Positions 1 through 13,800 of a stretch of 64,000 nt of DNA are shown here, piece after piece. Source of the stretch: Azolla caroliniana (lineage: Eukaryota > Plantae > Polypodiophyta). The notes beneath the pieces were generated by a model, which saw only the letters and a list, made by a program, of their open reading frames with translations, did not search any database and had not been told where the DNA came from. The stretch lies in contig JBHGNT010000003.1 of assembly GCA_043228905.1 (NCBI GenBank), forward strand, positions 19,034,001 to 19,098,000. Reading direction: 5' to 3'. A program made the position numbers and the translations under genes. The number at the start of each line of letters is the position of its first letter. The first letter of the stretch is position 1.

Positions 1-2790
1 ATGACAACTATACCTTGAAGATCAAGGAGCTGTGCGATGCCGTCAGGTCCATCAACGTCAACATCGACGACGATGAATGATGTAGATATGCCTCGGTTCA
101 ACGCGATAAGGTCGATCGTCCCTGCGAGGGAGAATCCTCCCTCATTCAATCTCCAAGTGATGCTACTGGTTGAAGAAAATCATGTTCGGACAAGAAGCAA
201 TGTGCAAGAAGGACACATGCTCTATTCGAATTTCGATGGAGGAAGAGGACAAGGTCGAGGAAGAAGATTCTGATTCGGCCAAGGTCGACACAACCAAGAA
301 CAACCTTGAGAACCCAACTTCTATTAGTCGCAAGACATGTCAATCGCGCGAGGCGGAGTGTCTGGTAGAAGGGCGAGCAATAATGTTGGACCCATCCAAC
401 AAAAAAATTCCATCCAGTGTGGATACTATGGCAAATTCAGCCACTATGAGGTAGAGTGTCGGAAGAAGAAGATCGAGTCTGCCTCCACAAGCCGACAACT
501 CACCAACTACGCCTCAAACTCCAACTACGATGATCGTGGTGGAATGTTCACGATGGAACACAGAACGAATTCGATGACGACATCATGTCCGACTAGTACC
601 TCCAACTCGGAAAATGTATGTTTTATCGATTCGGGTGCATCCAATCACATGACGTCTCATCGAGAGCTACGAAAGCCCGAACAATCCAGCTATGTGGAAA
701 CTGGTGATGACACAATTCACCCCATTCGGCATGTCGGAAACGTCCCTTTTGGCGAAGAGGGAAATCAAACATACATCAAGAATGTCTTGCATGTTCCAAC
801 TATAACGAAGAATCTAGTCTTGGTTGGCTAGATTGTGGAACACGGCATGCAAGTTCAATTCAATGACGGTGGTTGCTTCATCGAAAAGGAAGGCGAATTA
901 TCGCTCGCTGTCGAAGAGAAGGCCGAATGTTCATCCTTGATTCACACGAGATGAAATCGGCAATGTTTGACAAGGGTCACAAAGCCGATGCCGACATAGA
1001 GATGTGACACAAAAGAATCAGCCATATCAATCTCTAGAAGCTCAAAGGAATGCAGTCGAAAGGAGTCGTCATGGGACTCTCGACTTTTATCGAAAAGGAG
1101 ATTGCAGGCATATGCGGGAGTCTGCCAATTCAGCAAACAACATTGTCAACTATTTCCGAAAGAGAGGAACGTGAGCAAAGGGATCTTGGATGTAATACAT
1201 TCAGATGTATGGGCACCAACCCAAATGGCAACATTCGGTGGTTGCCGGTATTATGTGACGTTCATCGATGACTTCTCCAAGCACACTTGGATTTACCCTA
1301 TGCGGCAAAAGAATAAAGTGTTCGGACACTTTCAAAAATTTATAAACGAAGTCGAAAAGACAACCGATCGGCATGTCCGATGCCTTCGATTGGAAGATGG
1401 CAAGGAGTATTTCTCCGATGCCTTCACAACATACCTTTGACAAGAAGGAATTCGGCAGGAGTTCACCTGCCGACACACACCTCAGCAAAACAGAGTAGCC
1501 GAACGAAAGAACCAGAATATACTTGAGGTGGCAAGGGAAATGATGAACGAGAAACATCTGCCGAAATCATACTCGGCTGATACGGTGAACACAACCACCT
1601 ATCTAATGAATCGGTGCACAACATCTAGAGTGCACGATATCACTCCCCATGAGAAGAATCTATGGAAAGAAGCTAGATCTATCCCACATATGGATATTCG
1701 GTTCTATAGCGTTTGTATACATTCTTGATGAAAAGCGGCAAAAGCTCGATTCGAAATTGGAGACGTGTATCCTTGTTCGAACAAAAGGGGTATAAATGCT
1801 TCAATCCCTCTACCAAGAAGGTACGAGTGAATAGGGATGTCGTATTCGATGAGTTGGCATCTTGGTACACGGTTGACTCGGCTCTATCTTACCCAATCGA
1901 AACCGACTTCGATATAATCGACTTGGAGGAGAATGATCGACTAAGGCTCACAATAGAGGAAAGTCCAAATTTGTCAATAAGATTGAGTGGATTAGAGGAG
2001 CCACCAAGCGACCAAAGCAGGCCGAGTGTGAAGAAGAAAAGGCCAAAATGCATGAGTACGAAGACTCACATAGAAACCAATCGGACCACTCACCCGATAT
2101 CGAGTAGGGTGGATTAGATGTGCCTAGAATGAGAACATCGGAGGCACCACGTCGCTCCACTCGAGAGAAGAATGTAGTCAGCCGATTCGGCTATAATGAC
2201 TACATGGCATATCATATCCTTATGCATTCATGATGAAGGTGGCAACAGTCTGAAAGCCGGAAACTTTTTTCGAAGCCGTGAAGGACCTGCAATGGGTCAA
2301 AGAGATGAATGAGGAGAGGCAAGCACTCTCCAAAACGAGACATGGGATCTCTTTTCCTCTTCACCCCATCAAAAGGCAATCAGATGTTGATGGATATTCA
2401 AGGTGAAGCATAATGTCGACTGCATTGTCAACCGGTATAAGGCTCAGGTTGTTGTAAAAGGGTATGTGTAGACTCACGGGGTCGATTACGAAGAGACCTT
2501 TGCCTCGGTGGCAAAGATGACAACCATCCGAACCGTGATTGTGCTTGCAACAACAAAAAGGTGGCACCTCCACCAAATGGACGTGAAGAACGCCTTTCTC
2601 CAAGGTGAGTTAGAGGAGGAGGTGTACATGGTACAACCACCCGTATTCGAGTCAACTATGCATCTGACTGTTGTCTGCCAACTCAAAAAGCCTCTCTACG
2701 GCCTCCGCAAGCACCGAGAGCATGCCATTCGAAGATAACTCAATATCTTCACCAAATCAGCTTCAGAATGTCCAAGTCCGACAATTCCCC
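1..2790 (+). mobile_element. Degenerate Ty1/Copia retrotransposon internal region (gag, zinc knuckle, protease, integrase, partial RT); truncated by the window edge and at ~2790
   Basis: ORF fragments in Copia order: CGYYGKFSHYEVEC knuckle, FIDSGASNHMT protease, IHSDVW...YYVTFIDDFS integrase, KGYKC..VNRDVVFDE, and LHQMDVKNAFLQG RT. Many stops and frameshifts. Confidence 0.93.
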
Positions 2791-3250
2791 GTCACACCTC
2801 CAGATGCTACAATCTCAGGCTACTTCATGTATTTCACTAGTGTTTTCACCTCATCCTCATTACAACACCTCATCCATCTTCTCAACCTAGACTATCTCTT
2901 CTCTCCTCTTCTAACTTCTTTTCTCAAGTTACATCTCATTCACATAGCATTTTCATCCTAGAAGGAGAAGCTTCCATTTCCTCTCTTGGATGCTAGGACA
3001 ATGTTGTTTCGATTGCTGTTGTACCCGCAGAGGGGCAGATCTAGGCTTTGATACCATATAGAAAAATGAAAAAACACATTTATTCTCAAGAATATACATA
3101 TATGTCACCACAGGAGAGAGAAAATACAGAGATAACTTATATTACATGAGGAGATGGTTCCTCTTTATAAAGGCCAAGATGTGGTCATTGGGCTAAATAG
3201 CTATTGGGGGTTGACTAGTCGTTGGGTCATAACTTTAATCATTCTCAACA
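2790..3250 (-). mobile_element. 5' fragment of a second LTR retrotransposon: ~194-bp LTR (3057-3250) plus tRNA-iMet PBS (3045-3056)
   Basis: The minus strand reads TGTTGAGA at 3250, and TGGTATCAAAGC directly follows the short LTR (canonical iMet PBS TGGTATCAGAGC with one mismatch). Confidence 0.7.
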
Positions 3251-3617
3251 AATTGTAATACATAATAGCAACCAAGTTGATATGATCTGTAATAAACCGT
3301 GATCCTTATCTTGTGTTCCTCTAAAGGTTCATTGGTAAGCACTTATGACAGAATTGGCCATTTAATTAATAGGGTGGAGATTTCTTCGACAAAGAGGCGG
3401 TATGACCATATTCATAGTAGAGGGAGTGGAAAAAATGTTGAGGTTGCCCACACACTAATTGAATGGGCGATAAATTTGTTCTACAATGTGTCCAACATCA
3501 ACAAATATGATTTTCCATGGTGGTGTGTGAGAGGGTTTGGTATTTTATACTACTATCCATGAAATTCAAGTGGGTTAGCATCAAGCCACTTTTTCAGTTT
3601 ACGAATGCAAATTTGTG

Positions 3618-3697
3618 CCTATATAAATAAATCTACCAATTTGAGGCAAAAACCCATGCCTATATAAATAGATCCACCAATTTGAAGCAAAAACCCA
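3618..3697. repeat. ~40-bp tandem duplication
   Basis: gcctatataaata(a/g)at..accaatttga.gcaaaaacccat occurs twice head to tail. Confidence 0.8.
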
Positions 3698-3819
3698 TAC
3701 AACAGTGTTAGGATGAGGCATGTGTCACAAAAATCACTATCATATGATGGGGCAATATATTGGTGATCGGGACAATTGTGTTGCCTCTCACCTTACTCGA
3801 TTCTATAATGGCTATGCAC

Positions 3820-4095
3820 AGTTCATGATGAATCAGCAATGGCTCGGTTTTGACTTCATTGGTTTGGCCTTATCCAAGTCAAACTCACTAAGGCTTAGCG
3901 AGTTTAGAGTTTTCAAACCTAGTGAACCAAACTGATCCGAACGATGCCGATCCCTAAATTGGTTTGGGAACCGGTTTGGTATGGCTCACGTTGAACCGAA
4001 CTGCGCTCAAACTCGTTAAGGAAACCCAAGCTTGAACTGAGCCGAGCTGAAATGCCAAATTGTTTCAGCTTGACTCGAGTTGTTTTTGACTACTA
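3820..4095. mobile_element. Possible decayed hAT-type MITE
   Basis: Cluster of degenerate gaaccgaac/gagccgagc/ggtttgg subterminal-like motifs in both orientations. No clear TIR or TSD. Confidence 0.3.
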
Positions 4096-4896
4096 AAGAC
4101 TACCATATTTACAAAGATTGATAATCCAAATCAATGCATGTATCTATTAACACGTTAAGCAATTTATCATGGCAGTTTGACATTAAAACATATAAATTAA
4201 ATAAGTTACAAAACATACTATAATACTACATACATGTACATGGTCAAGATATTCTTTATACTCAAGTCCTTTATCGAATTCTAATATTTTGCCATCCTAA
4301 ATTAATGCAAACATAAAGTGTAAATTAAAACTTGCAAATAGGAGATTCAAGTTTCAAAACATGCACAATCCTACAAACATATTCATGGTAGAGGTATTTT
4401 CATATGCAACTCATTGATTAAACTCTAATATTTCACCCAAGGATAATAAACTAATACAAAGGTCCAAGTGATTTTGTCATGCCTCGCGACGTGCTATGGT
4501 TTCTTTACCTTCTATGCGACTTGGCCCTTAGCTCTCAATGTTTCAATCAATAAGGTAACATTAGGGTGGCACCTTGCCACGATTTGAACAAAAGACAAGT
4601 TAATGAAACACAGTGAGCAAAACTTGAGAAGCTTCTTGATTATACAGTCAAACAGACCCATGAAACATGCTGGTCGGCAGTTCAATGAATTGATATCCAC
4701 AATGGAAAACAAGAACTTGATCCAAGAAAATATACAAAAAACTAAAGAGCTACAAGATTCTCACCTCTTTCATAAAAGAAACTACTACATCGATCTTGAA
4801 TAGGGGTCTGCAGTTGCTTTAAAGAAGTAAAAACAAAGAGTTTATTACAACGGGAGTCTTAGTAGTTAAGGGTTTCCTATTAAAAAAAATTAAGGA

Positions 4897-5643
4897 CTAT
4901 TTGCCTCCCAATGTAGGGAATTGACTAATATCATGAATGGAAGGAGCTATTTCTGTTGCTCCAGAGTTATCGGAACCAGGGTTATTGTGACTACCTCCAT
5001 GACCTCGACCTCGACCTCCACGTCCCTGCCTACCCTTGAAATTGAAGTATCCTTCTCTATCCATAGGTTTCAAAAACTCATTGATGCTCACCGTCTAGAA
5101 AAAGCAAGGAAACAATGAGGAAGATCCAAATGAATCGTAATAGTAGTGAAAATTGAAGGAACTCCTAATGTACATAAACAGGATTAGAAAGCATTGACAT
5201 GAAGTAGTGAAAGCTGAGGAAGTCCCACATGTAAATGACTAAAGATACAACTGAAATTCACAATATGAGTTCTGAAAAAGTAAAGTAAAGAGAAGTGAGG
5301 AAAATCCACATGTACAGGAGCTAAGATGAAACAAAATACGAGTAGAATTTATGAGAAAGTAAAGAAAACCGAGGAAAGCCCACACATAAACTATTGGAGA
5401 TAAAACTGAAATTCCCAAGACAAGTTATAAAACAAAATGAAGGCAACCAAGAAAATAAAGAAGTATATATATATATAACTATTGAAGATAAAACTAAAAT
5501 CCCCAAGACAAGTTATAAAACAAAATGAAGGCAATCAAGAAAATAAAGAAGTATATATATATATATAACTATTGAAGATAAAACTAAAATTCCCAAGACA
5601 AGTTATAAAACAAATGAAGGCAACCAAGAAAATAAAGAAGTGA

Positions 5644-5675
<32 letters not shown>

Positions 5676-8600
5676 TCAAAACCCCCAATAGAACTTATGG
5701 AGACAAATGAAATTAAGGATAACCAAGTTGTAAATGAATGAAAATAGATGGTAAGAAACAAATTAAAGATACCTTTCGAGATTTGCCATCTCTCCCTGCT
5801 GTCTCCTTTTTCTTGCCTTTATCAATAACACTCTTAACAACACCATATAATGACGCGCATGAGCTGAAGAAACTAACTGATTCTCACAATGGAGTTGAAA
5901 TTAAAAAGTAGCATTTACCAGTTTCAGGAACACCTCATCTTCAATCTTTTTCTCTACCAGCTGCATTGATTGAAACTCCTTATCAAGCGTCACCTTTCTT
6001 TCCTCTGACTTTGAGGCTTCTAAGGCCTTCCTCTTTTCACTCAGCAACTTCTCATACTCCTCCAGAGTCATTTCCTGTTACGACCATACACATAATTATA
6101 CTGTCAGAAGTTACTTCCCGGTAGAGTAAGTCCATTAGCTTTACACAGGAATTTGTCTGTACACAATCCCGATGTGTGGCATAGACATAGATCTAGTGTT
6201 TGTGGACATAAAGGCCATACACAACTCTATATTATCAGTAGATACACTTAGCTAGAGTTTGTAGATATTGTTGAAAAAAAGGCAGTAAAAAACTAATCGA
6301 CAAGTACAGACAACAAAATAAAATCGTTTCTTTTTCCCTTTATTAGATATGGGAATGAAAATACACAGAAAACCCTATTGTATTTAGGGCACTCAAGTCT
6401 TACAAAATGATTAACAATGATAGGGAGATAGGTGCCCTTTTGCCCCTCTCTTCTCAGTTCTTATTACACTCTAATCTAAGAATCACCTCTATGCCAGTGG
6501 TAGTCTATGGCTTCATCATCAGCATTGTTCATACCATCAAACCAGAGGTGTTGGTTGAATAGACATTGCTCTGTATACTATTTACGAGGTCAGGGGTTTC
6601 ATTATTAGGCCGAGAGTTAGATAACTTCTATTTAAATGATCTCATGTAATTAGGAGTACGAGCATAACACATTGATGGATACTCTGAAGAAAACTGCCAC
6701 ATTGATGTAAACACTACCTTGTCATTCTCTACTTCTTTCATTTCCTCTATATTTTCAGCCTCTGGTTGTGAATCCTCTGGCTTCATAATTCTCTCAGATA
6801 TATCTGGCTTCTCATCTTCTAACTTGACAGCTTCAGGAATTTTCCTACTATAACAATTACGTTATATTTTAAACCAGAATATCAAGTCAAAATTACTTTC
6901 AACCGAATCCACACACACAAGGCAGTCACTTACTCTAGAACATTTTGGTCTATTTCAACACCCCAATTACCACGACCAGCCCCATCTTTCTTTACTCCAG
7001 TCCTGAATATAAAACATACCCTCAACACACAAAATTCAAGATATTGCAATTTTCCTTAGGCATTTAATAAACCTTGACAAAAAAAAGGAGCAATTTCTAT
7101 GAGAACGCCACATCTTCAATCTATTTGACAAATTTCTGCTCTTTTTGGAAGATCAGATTCATTAGAATTTGCGATTAATTAATCACGAATAATCACCATG
7201 CATGATCATATGCTACCAATCAATCCTTGCATTTCTCCATTTTTAACTAATTATTATGTGCCTGGTAAAGCGCTCCCACAGTAATGCGACCCTTTTCGGA
7301 CCAGATTGACGAGATTGAGAATAAATCTGTAACTGATTCATTATTGTGTATTTTTCTTATACCACATTGTAGAACATTCTTAATAGACACAAAAATGGGT
7401 GGCATTTTTGCAAACAGATATATGTGATGCATTTAGACTTTGTTAATAAACTGTGTAGCATTTTTTAAGATGTTTTCTATTATAAAAAGAAGAATACCCT
7501 CGCCCAGTTCCACTTCTTCGATCAAATTCTCGGTGTCTAGGATATTCCGATTCCTCTGCATCACCTGAGAAGCCATATCTACGACCACGGTCACGGTCAC
7601 GGCCACGACCACGGCTACTCCCACTATCGTTATATAGGTGCACACCTTCCTCTCGTATCATAACTGTTTTCTCTCCTACTCCCTCTCTTTGGTAATTGCT
7701 GAAACTTCGTTCTGTTTCCTCACGTAATTGGAACTTACTCTCTTGTATTGGGTGGTTGTAGTGTCCTCCAAAATCTCTTTCGCGATTCCTGAAGCCACCT
7801 TGACCCCGCCAGCTCTCTGCTTGGCCCACTCTTACTGTTGGAACACAACAAACATTCTCATACTGTTTATTGGACTAGTATCATTTGTCAACACAATTTG
7901 TTATCTTTCTATTCTTCAAGAAACCAGGTTGAATTAGCTGAGGTTGGCTTTCTAAAAGCCGCAAGGAGGCATAAACTCAGCAAATGCAATCAAGATTAAG
8001 GCTACTGTTGTTGTAGTGTTCATGACCAAAAGATTTTTAACATCCTCGGCGAAATCAAATATAACAAACTACAGTAAGCCTCTTCTGGCATACACAAGTT
8101 CAATTATGCAACCAAGTTAGATTAATTTTGCTAATCTATGTTTCATGATCACATTGGAAATATGTATCACCACAGAGAAACAATGGAAGACAAACAAATT
8201 ATTTTAATTGGAAAGTGACGAAGCATGATTGCAACAGAGGAATGAAATAATGCAGTTATACGCTCATGTGCCCCTAAAAGAGCAGATACCAATACGGCAC
8301 ATGAGTGGCTTGGAGTGCAGAACAAACAGTAGACTTCTCACAAAGATTCTTATCGGTAAAGCTGCAAACTCTTATCTAGTAAACTGTCTAGCGCACTAAC
8401 TTCTTGATCACTCTCTTCATTGATCATGTTTAGTTGGTGCTTGCCCGCATCAAAACTCCTCCACATCACTCATTCTCTTAGAATCCTGCTTCATCTTTTA
8501 TGTAGCATTATTCGATCGCCTGAATTCCCACATCATCCCCCTGTTTAGTTGGTGCTTGCTCACACCAGCATGCATTCACATTATCCAGTCTCCTAGACTT

Positions 8601-10958
8601 CTGCTTCATCTTTTATGTAGCATTGTTCGGTGACCTGAATTCCCACATCATTGTTTAGCACACATTCTGGCTCCCGATTAAAATAGCACATCCAGCCCAA
8701 TTTCCTGATGACAATGCAACTTTGGCTGTAGCATGCCATCTGGATCTCCAGCACAATTGGAATCACACCATTTGGCTAGCTTTGTCCTTTGTCCTTAAGT
8801 ACCCTAGAATATGCATCCAAGCTCGCCAATAACTCTTCTCCAGATCGGCTGTGAATACTGCCATCGACACTCCTACGCATAGCCTCTCAACCAGAGTCTA
8901 ATGTTCAGAATTGTTGTGATAGATGTACGTTGTGCAGCAATATAATACAGTGCATTTGTGATATTTTAAAACTTACATTGTATGATGCGACAAATACAAT
9001 GATAACAAATCCTGTTATTCAATTTAAGCATAAAAATATGCCAAACATTAAGTCGTTATGAACGTGTGACGCGGCAAAAATATGAAATGATACATTAACA
9101 TCTTCGAAATACCAAATAAGCTATGAGACCGAAAAATTACATCCAAAGACAGATTGGCAATGTACTATATTTTAAATACGATGACAAAAACTTCCTTTGA
9201 TGCACCCCTAATCTCAAACAGAAGAGTAGAAACCCAGATCCCTCGGCTTGATCCGACCAAATCATCTACATACAGCATTAAGATCACTATCTGCTCGTCT
9301 TTTTTAAGACATAGAGGGAAATATTATCTTAATAACCAATTGATATGTTTTTCATAGGCAACTACCTCACGTTTGATGATATAGAAAAGAAAAATATTAT
9401 TTGAAATGCATACAGATCATATGATAGGACTCGTTAAAAGCAAAAAATATTGCAAACTGTTAGGTAGAAAGACATAAAGATGTGATGTTTCAAGGTATCC
9501 CAAAACAAGCAATGGACGTGCTATTCATAGGCCTTGACATCACATCCAAAGACAGAGAAACGAGGAGTAATATATACAATATACATGAATATAATAGGAT
9601 TCGCTAATGGCAAAACATGAAGCAAAGCAAGAAATACATACACTTCCGACAAGAATCACACATACACCAAGCATTCAATAGACAAACAGAAAACAACGTA
9701 AATGCAAGGAAATTTATAGTTCCAGCATTAAATTCTTGCTTTGTAGCTGTTATTTTGCCTTTTGCACGGAAACATGCATTAAACCCCTTTGTTAACACTC
9801 TTCCCCAGTTATTTGTGGAGAAACAACATGATTCTAGAGCCAATCTAATGGATCTCCAAGATTAACTCAATGCTTCAACATTGCAATTCGAATACTAGTG
9901 GGGAAAGGGAAATAATTAAACCAATCGTAGAATATAATTCAAAAGAGTAACATGAAAGCCTTGTTATATTTTCCAGGAAACAGGAAAAGAACCAGACAAA
10001 TAAATGGTAAATACAAACACCATAATTTACAATATTCATTCCTCGCATTAAAACTGTGCTATTAACAAATGCATATTAAGAATTGAATCTTTCTTTTAAT
10101 GTCATTGATTTGCCAAGTCCACGAAAAACACGAAACATTTTGAATCAATCAATGAGTTCCCTTACAAAAGAAACATTTAATACATATAATTGGAAAGCTC
10201 TTACATAGTTAAGACGCAATACTGGACTAAACTCGTAATTAACATAAATGCACTGAATCCAACACCATATGATTCAAAACATTATCATAAACACACCGAA
10301 TCCATGTTTTGAACAGTTGAATTTAGATAATGTCACTGAGGAAAACAAACGTTCAGGATCAATCCATCAGTGACAAGAAATCTTCCAATGACACTCAAAT
10401 TCTTCTCTGATTGATCAGGAGAGGGAGGATTATGGTATCGATTGAAAGAGCAATATAAAAACAAGAATAAAAAAGAAACACACACCATCCAAAGAGCAGC
10501 GCAAACAAAAAAAAGTCTCAAATAATTCGAATATACAACAGTATGCGGCATTCAATCAATGTGCCACAAACCAAGAAACAGCCATTCAAGAATTCACACC
10601 TAATTCAAAGATTAAAATCACTGCTGTCTGAGGTTGGCGAACAAAATGTTAACACGAATTACAGGAACACTGATCAATATCAATTCCATGTCCTTCCTAT
10701 TAAGAGAAGAAACGGTTAAGAATGAGTAAGAAATCTTTAAAAGAAGCTCCATTTCTTACCTGGTTGAAAAGGAGGAGGAGGAGGTCTGCTAGGTAGCTTT
10801 GCAGGAAGAGACTCGGTCAATCGTTGCTTCTGATTGTTGTTCAGATCTTTTGAAGGAGGAACAATGGAAGGTTGAGATGTTGCTCGTGCAAGGACATCCG
10901 TCGGATCATCGTCGTTCTCGTCATCTCCAAGCAAAGCAAAGAAATTCTGCGTGGCCAT
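4897..10958 (-). CDS. RGGA: RGG-repeat RNA-binding protein (HABP4/PAI-RBP1/SERBP1 family, plant RGGA-like), 7 exons, 381 aa
   Basis: Exons 10958-10760, 7834-7498, 7002-6934, 6844-6718, 6074-5919, 5832-5773 and 5094-4897 join at GT-AG boundaries into a 1146-nt open frame. Motifs: MATQNFFALLGDD (Stm1-like N-terminus), REFDRRSGTGRG, KKDGAGRGNWG, EMTLEEYEK, SINEFLKP, an RGG box, and C-terminal QFPTLGGK. The family call is firm; exact orthology to RGGA is not established. Confidence 0.93.
5392..5670. repeat. Intronic ~90-bp tandem repeat x3, each unit ending in (TA)n
   Basis: ctattg.agataaaact.aaat.cccaagacaagttataaaacaaa(a)tgaaggcaa.caagaaaataaagaagt followed by (at)n occurs three times in the last intron. 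Confidence 0.9.
8400..8830 (-). mobile_element. Ancient Copia RT/RNase H remnant in intron 1, with a ~110-bp internal duplication
   Basis: Minus-strand fragments HILGYL.TKD, WCDSNCAGDPDG and TKH resemble Copia RILRYLKGT, DSDWAGD and RTKHID. Positions 8428-8535 are repeated at 8543-8650. Confidence 0.5.
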
Positions 10959-11032
10959 AGCCAAAATGAGGCGGAAAGGGAAGCGGAGAGAGGAGCAAAA
11001 GAAACAACAACAAAAAGTTGGGAGGAATTAAC

Positions 11033-11317
11033 GAAATATTGGCGTTCCCATGAAGAAGAAGAAGAAGAAGAAGAAGAAGGCAAAAGAAAGAAGAAAGAAG
11101 AAGAATAAAAATCGAGGAGGAAGAAGATTCAGAAGAATCTGAAGAAGAAGAAGATTAAAATTGAATAGGATGAAATATTGGAGTTCCCATGAAGAAGAAG
11201 AAGAAGAAGAAGAAGAAGAAGAAGGCAAAAGAAAGAAGAAAGAAGAAAATGGATAAAGGAAAGAAGGAGATTAAAAATCGAGGAGGAAGAAGAAGAAGAT
11301 TAAAATTGAATAGGATG
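11033..11317. repeat. ~140-bp tandem duplication containing (GAA)n microsatellites in the probable 5' UTR of the RGGA-like gene
   Basis: gaaatattgg.gttcccat(gaa)n ggcaaaagaaag...gattaaaattgaataggatg occurs at 11033-11172 and 11173-11317. It is pyrimidine-rich on the coding strand. Confidence 0.85.
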
Positions 11318-11576
11318 GATGAGTCTATGCGTGAAGCTTGAAGGCGATGGCGATGGCGATGGAGGTCTTTGTCTGTGTATGAAGGAAGGAGGAGGAGGAG
11401 AAAGAGAGAGAGAGAGAGAGAAAGTAGCATAAACCCCTGTGTGTGTGTGTGGGATCAATTTTACGAAATTCCCAAACATACCCCCCCACATTCCCATCGT
11501 TTTCCCAAGGAGCCCAAAAATTTAAAAACATACCCCTCCCTTTCACACGCGTTCGCCATAATAATAATAATAATAA

Positions 11577-11840
11577 GGGAAAAGTACCAGGATACCCCTA
11601 GAAGTTCGTCTATTTACCAGAATGCCCCTTAAAGTTCCAAATTTACCAAACTACCCCTATGTCCAAAAAATTACACTTTATAAAGCTTCCATCTTTGGTA
11701 AATAGAGCTTGTAGATTTGAGTGTATAATTACTTTATAAAGTGTAATTTTTTGGACATAGGGGTAGTTTGGTAAATTTGGAACTTACAGAGGCATTCTGG
11801 TAAATAGACGAACTTCCAGGGGTATCTTGGTACTTTTCCC
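11577..11840. mobile_element. Mutator-like MITE, 264 bp, ~108-bp TIRs
   Basis: Ends GGGAAAAGTACCA...TGGTACTTTTCCC. 11577-11685 is a near-perfect inverted repeat of 11732-11840. Flanked by 9-bp TAATAATAA on both sides within a (TAA)n run. Confidence 0.92.
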
Positions 11841-12399
11841 TAATAATAATGGTAATATATAATAATAATAAAATAATTATTATTATAATGGCAATGGTGG
11901 TTCTGGTGGTGGCCTCTTGTGTGTGTGTGTGCGCACCGCTTTCTACTCGTTTCTATATCCCCTGTTTACGGCATCAGAGTCGCAGATTCTCTCGCCTTTT
12001 ATTGTATAAAGTATTGTTAATCCCAGAAGTCTTGTAGGATGTGTTTATTGATTGTACATTTTACTTGTGTCATCAATAATTCCATGGGACATTAATCCAC
12101 AATTATAATTAAGTTAATGTGTCTGCAACTGGTCTTGAAAGGCCGATGGCATAAATATGTAACAACATAAGTGCATAATAGAAATGGCAATCTCAAGATT
12201 AAATTAAGAATAAAAAAGTCATGTAATTCTCGTCTCCAAACAACAAATTTTATGATGATGTTTTTGCCGATGAACACTTTCTTAATGATGTTTTGATCAA
12301 CAACATCCATTCCAATTGAACCTCCCTATTTGTTTGAGACAAAATCAAGATTAGTGGAGGAAAGTTTACTCTTATGAATACGTGCATGATAGTTGAAGT

Positions 12400-13800
12400 A
12401 CTATTTCTTTGTTCCTCGGATGTATGTGAAAAACTCACAAAACATTAGTGATGACATGATGTTAGGGCAACTTAAGGGCCTAGCGTGGGGAAAGTTGGCA
12501 CAAACATGGCTCCATTCTATAGGCGATTGGAGATGCATGGTGGCTCCAGGAGGAGCATAGGAGGACCCATTCCTTCCCCTCAAGGGAGCTATGAAAATGA
12601 GGAGATTGATAATAGAGGCCGTTGACAAGGTTTTGTTGGGGGATACGAGAGGAGATACATAGTTCGGTCTCTTTGATGAGGTTGGAACAATTAATTTGTT
12701 AAAGGGCTTGAGTGGATCTGGAGGAGCTAAATTATTTTAGGAGAGCCAGAGCAAGGGCACTTGGCACCCAATCCGAGTGGTGGTGTAGGCTAGTAACAAT
12801 TGGAAGACGGACCCTGATGTTGCTAAGGTGGAACCCCATTGGAAATTGTGGGTCTATGGTTGTTGCCCCCTCGTGGAACTAGAATGGGACCCAAGGGATT
12901 TCAAGCGGAAACACGACCGTGGAAGATTGCGCCACGTCTTCCATTATAGCACTAAATTTGGTCGAGCTATACAACTGCAATTGGACGATCACCTACGCTA
13001 TGACTGGCGGACATTGGGCATCACTGACAAGGTGCTCAGTACCTTTTGGAAGGGCCTCTAGCATCTCCACCAGCCTGAGAAGATCAAGCTATTTTGGTGG
13101 CAGATCAACCATAACATGGTCCCGTTGGCGAATGGCTCAGTAAACGTGGCAACCTAATTGCTTGCCCACTCTGTTCTTCACCTATTGAGACTCTGATACA
13201 CTATTTGTGGGATTACCCTCATCCTCTAGTTGTGGCTTGGATCAATCTTTCGTTTGATAGCTAGATGGACGCCTGCAATGCAGATAGTTGGTGATATGAA
13301 TGCATAAGTGGTAAACTCGTCAAGACCCAATTTGAAAGAGGCTATGCGATGTGGAAGGAACAACATCGTGGAGCGCAACGGCTTGGATCAATCTTTCGTT
13401 TGATAGCTGGATGGACATCTGCAATGCAGATAGTTGGTGCTATGAATGCACAAGAGGTAAACTCGTCAAGACACAATTTGAAAGAGGCTTGAAGACCGTA
13501 TCCCCTCAGTTATGGGAGATTTGGATGTTGATCACAGGGTTCACCTCGTGGTATGTATGGAAAGCACGTTGCCTAAAGGTCTTCCAAGGTCTCGTTCGCT
13601 CCTCGGAGGAATTGATCATGGATATATGGTTCGCGATTATCAGTTGCCTACAAGGGCCATTGGATGAGGTTCGCGGCCACTCTAACAACGTGGTCACTAC
13701 TCGTTTGCGCTTCTGGCAGAATTGGCAAAACATGTCAATGGTGATGCAAGGTGGAAATGGCCTGAGGTGGAACTACCACCCCCCATGCTAGTTGTTTCCT
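12400..13800 (+). mobile_element. Decayed LINE (L1-type) ORF2 3' part with zf-RVT domain
   Basis: Translation FWKGL..PEKIKLFWWQINH...CPLCSSPIETLIHYLW and W.VWKARC..VF. A ~110-bp internal duplication at ~13234-13344 and ~13380-13489. Boundaries are approximate. Confidence 0.75.

Noticed and set aside
6540-6640. SINE-like head in intron 4 (tggttgaatag...gaggtcaggggtttc)
   Set aside because: The boxes are too degenerate and there is no tail or TSD.
10841-11632. Poly-Ser/Glu/Phe ORFs
   Set aside because: They are products of (GAA)n and (GA)n microsatellites in the 5' UTR and promoter.
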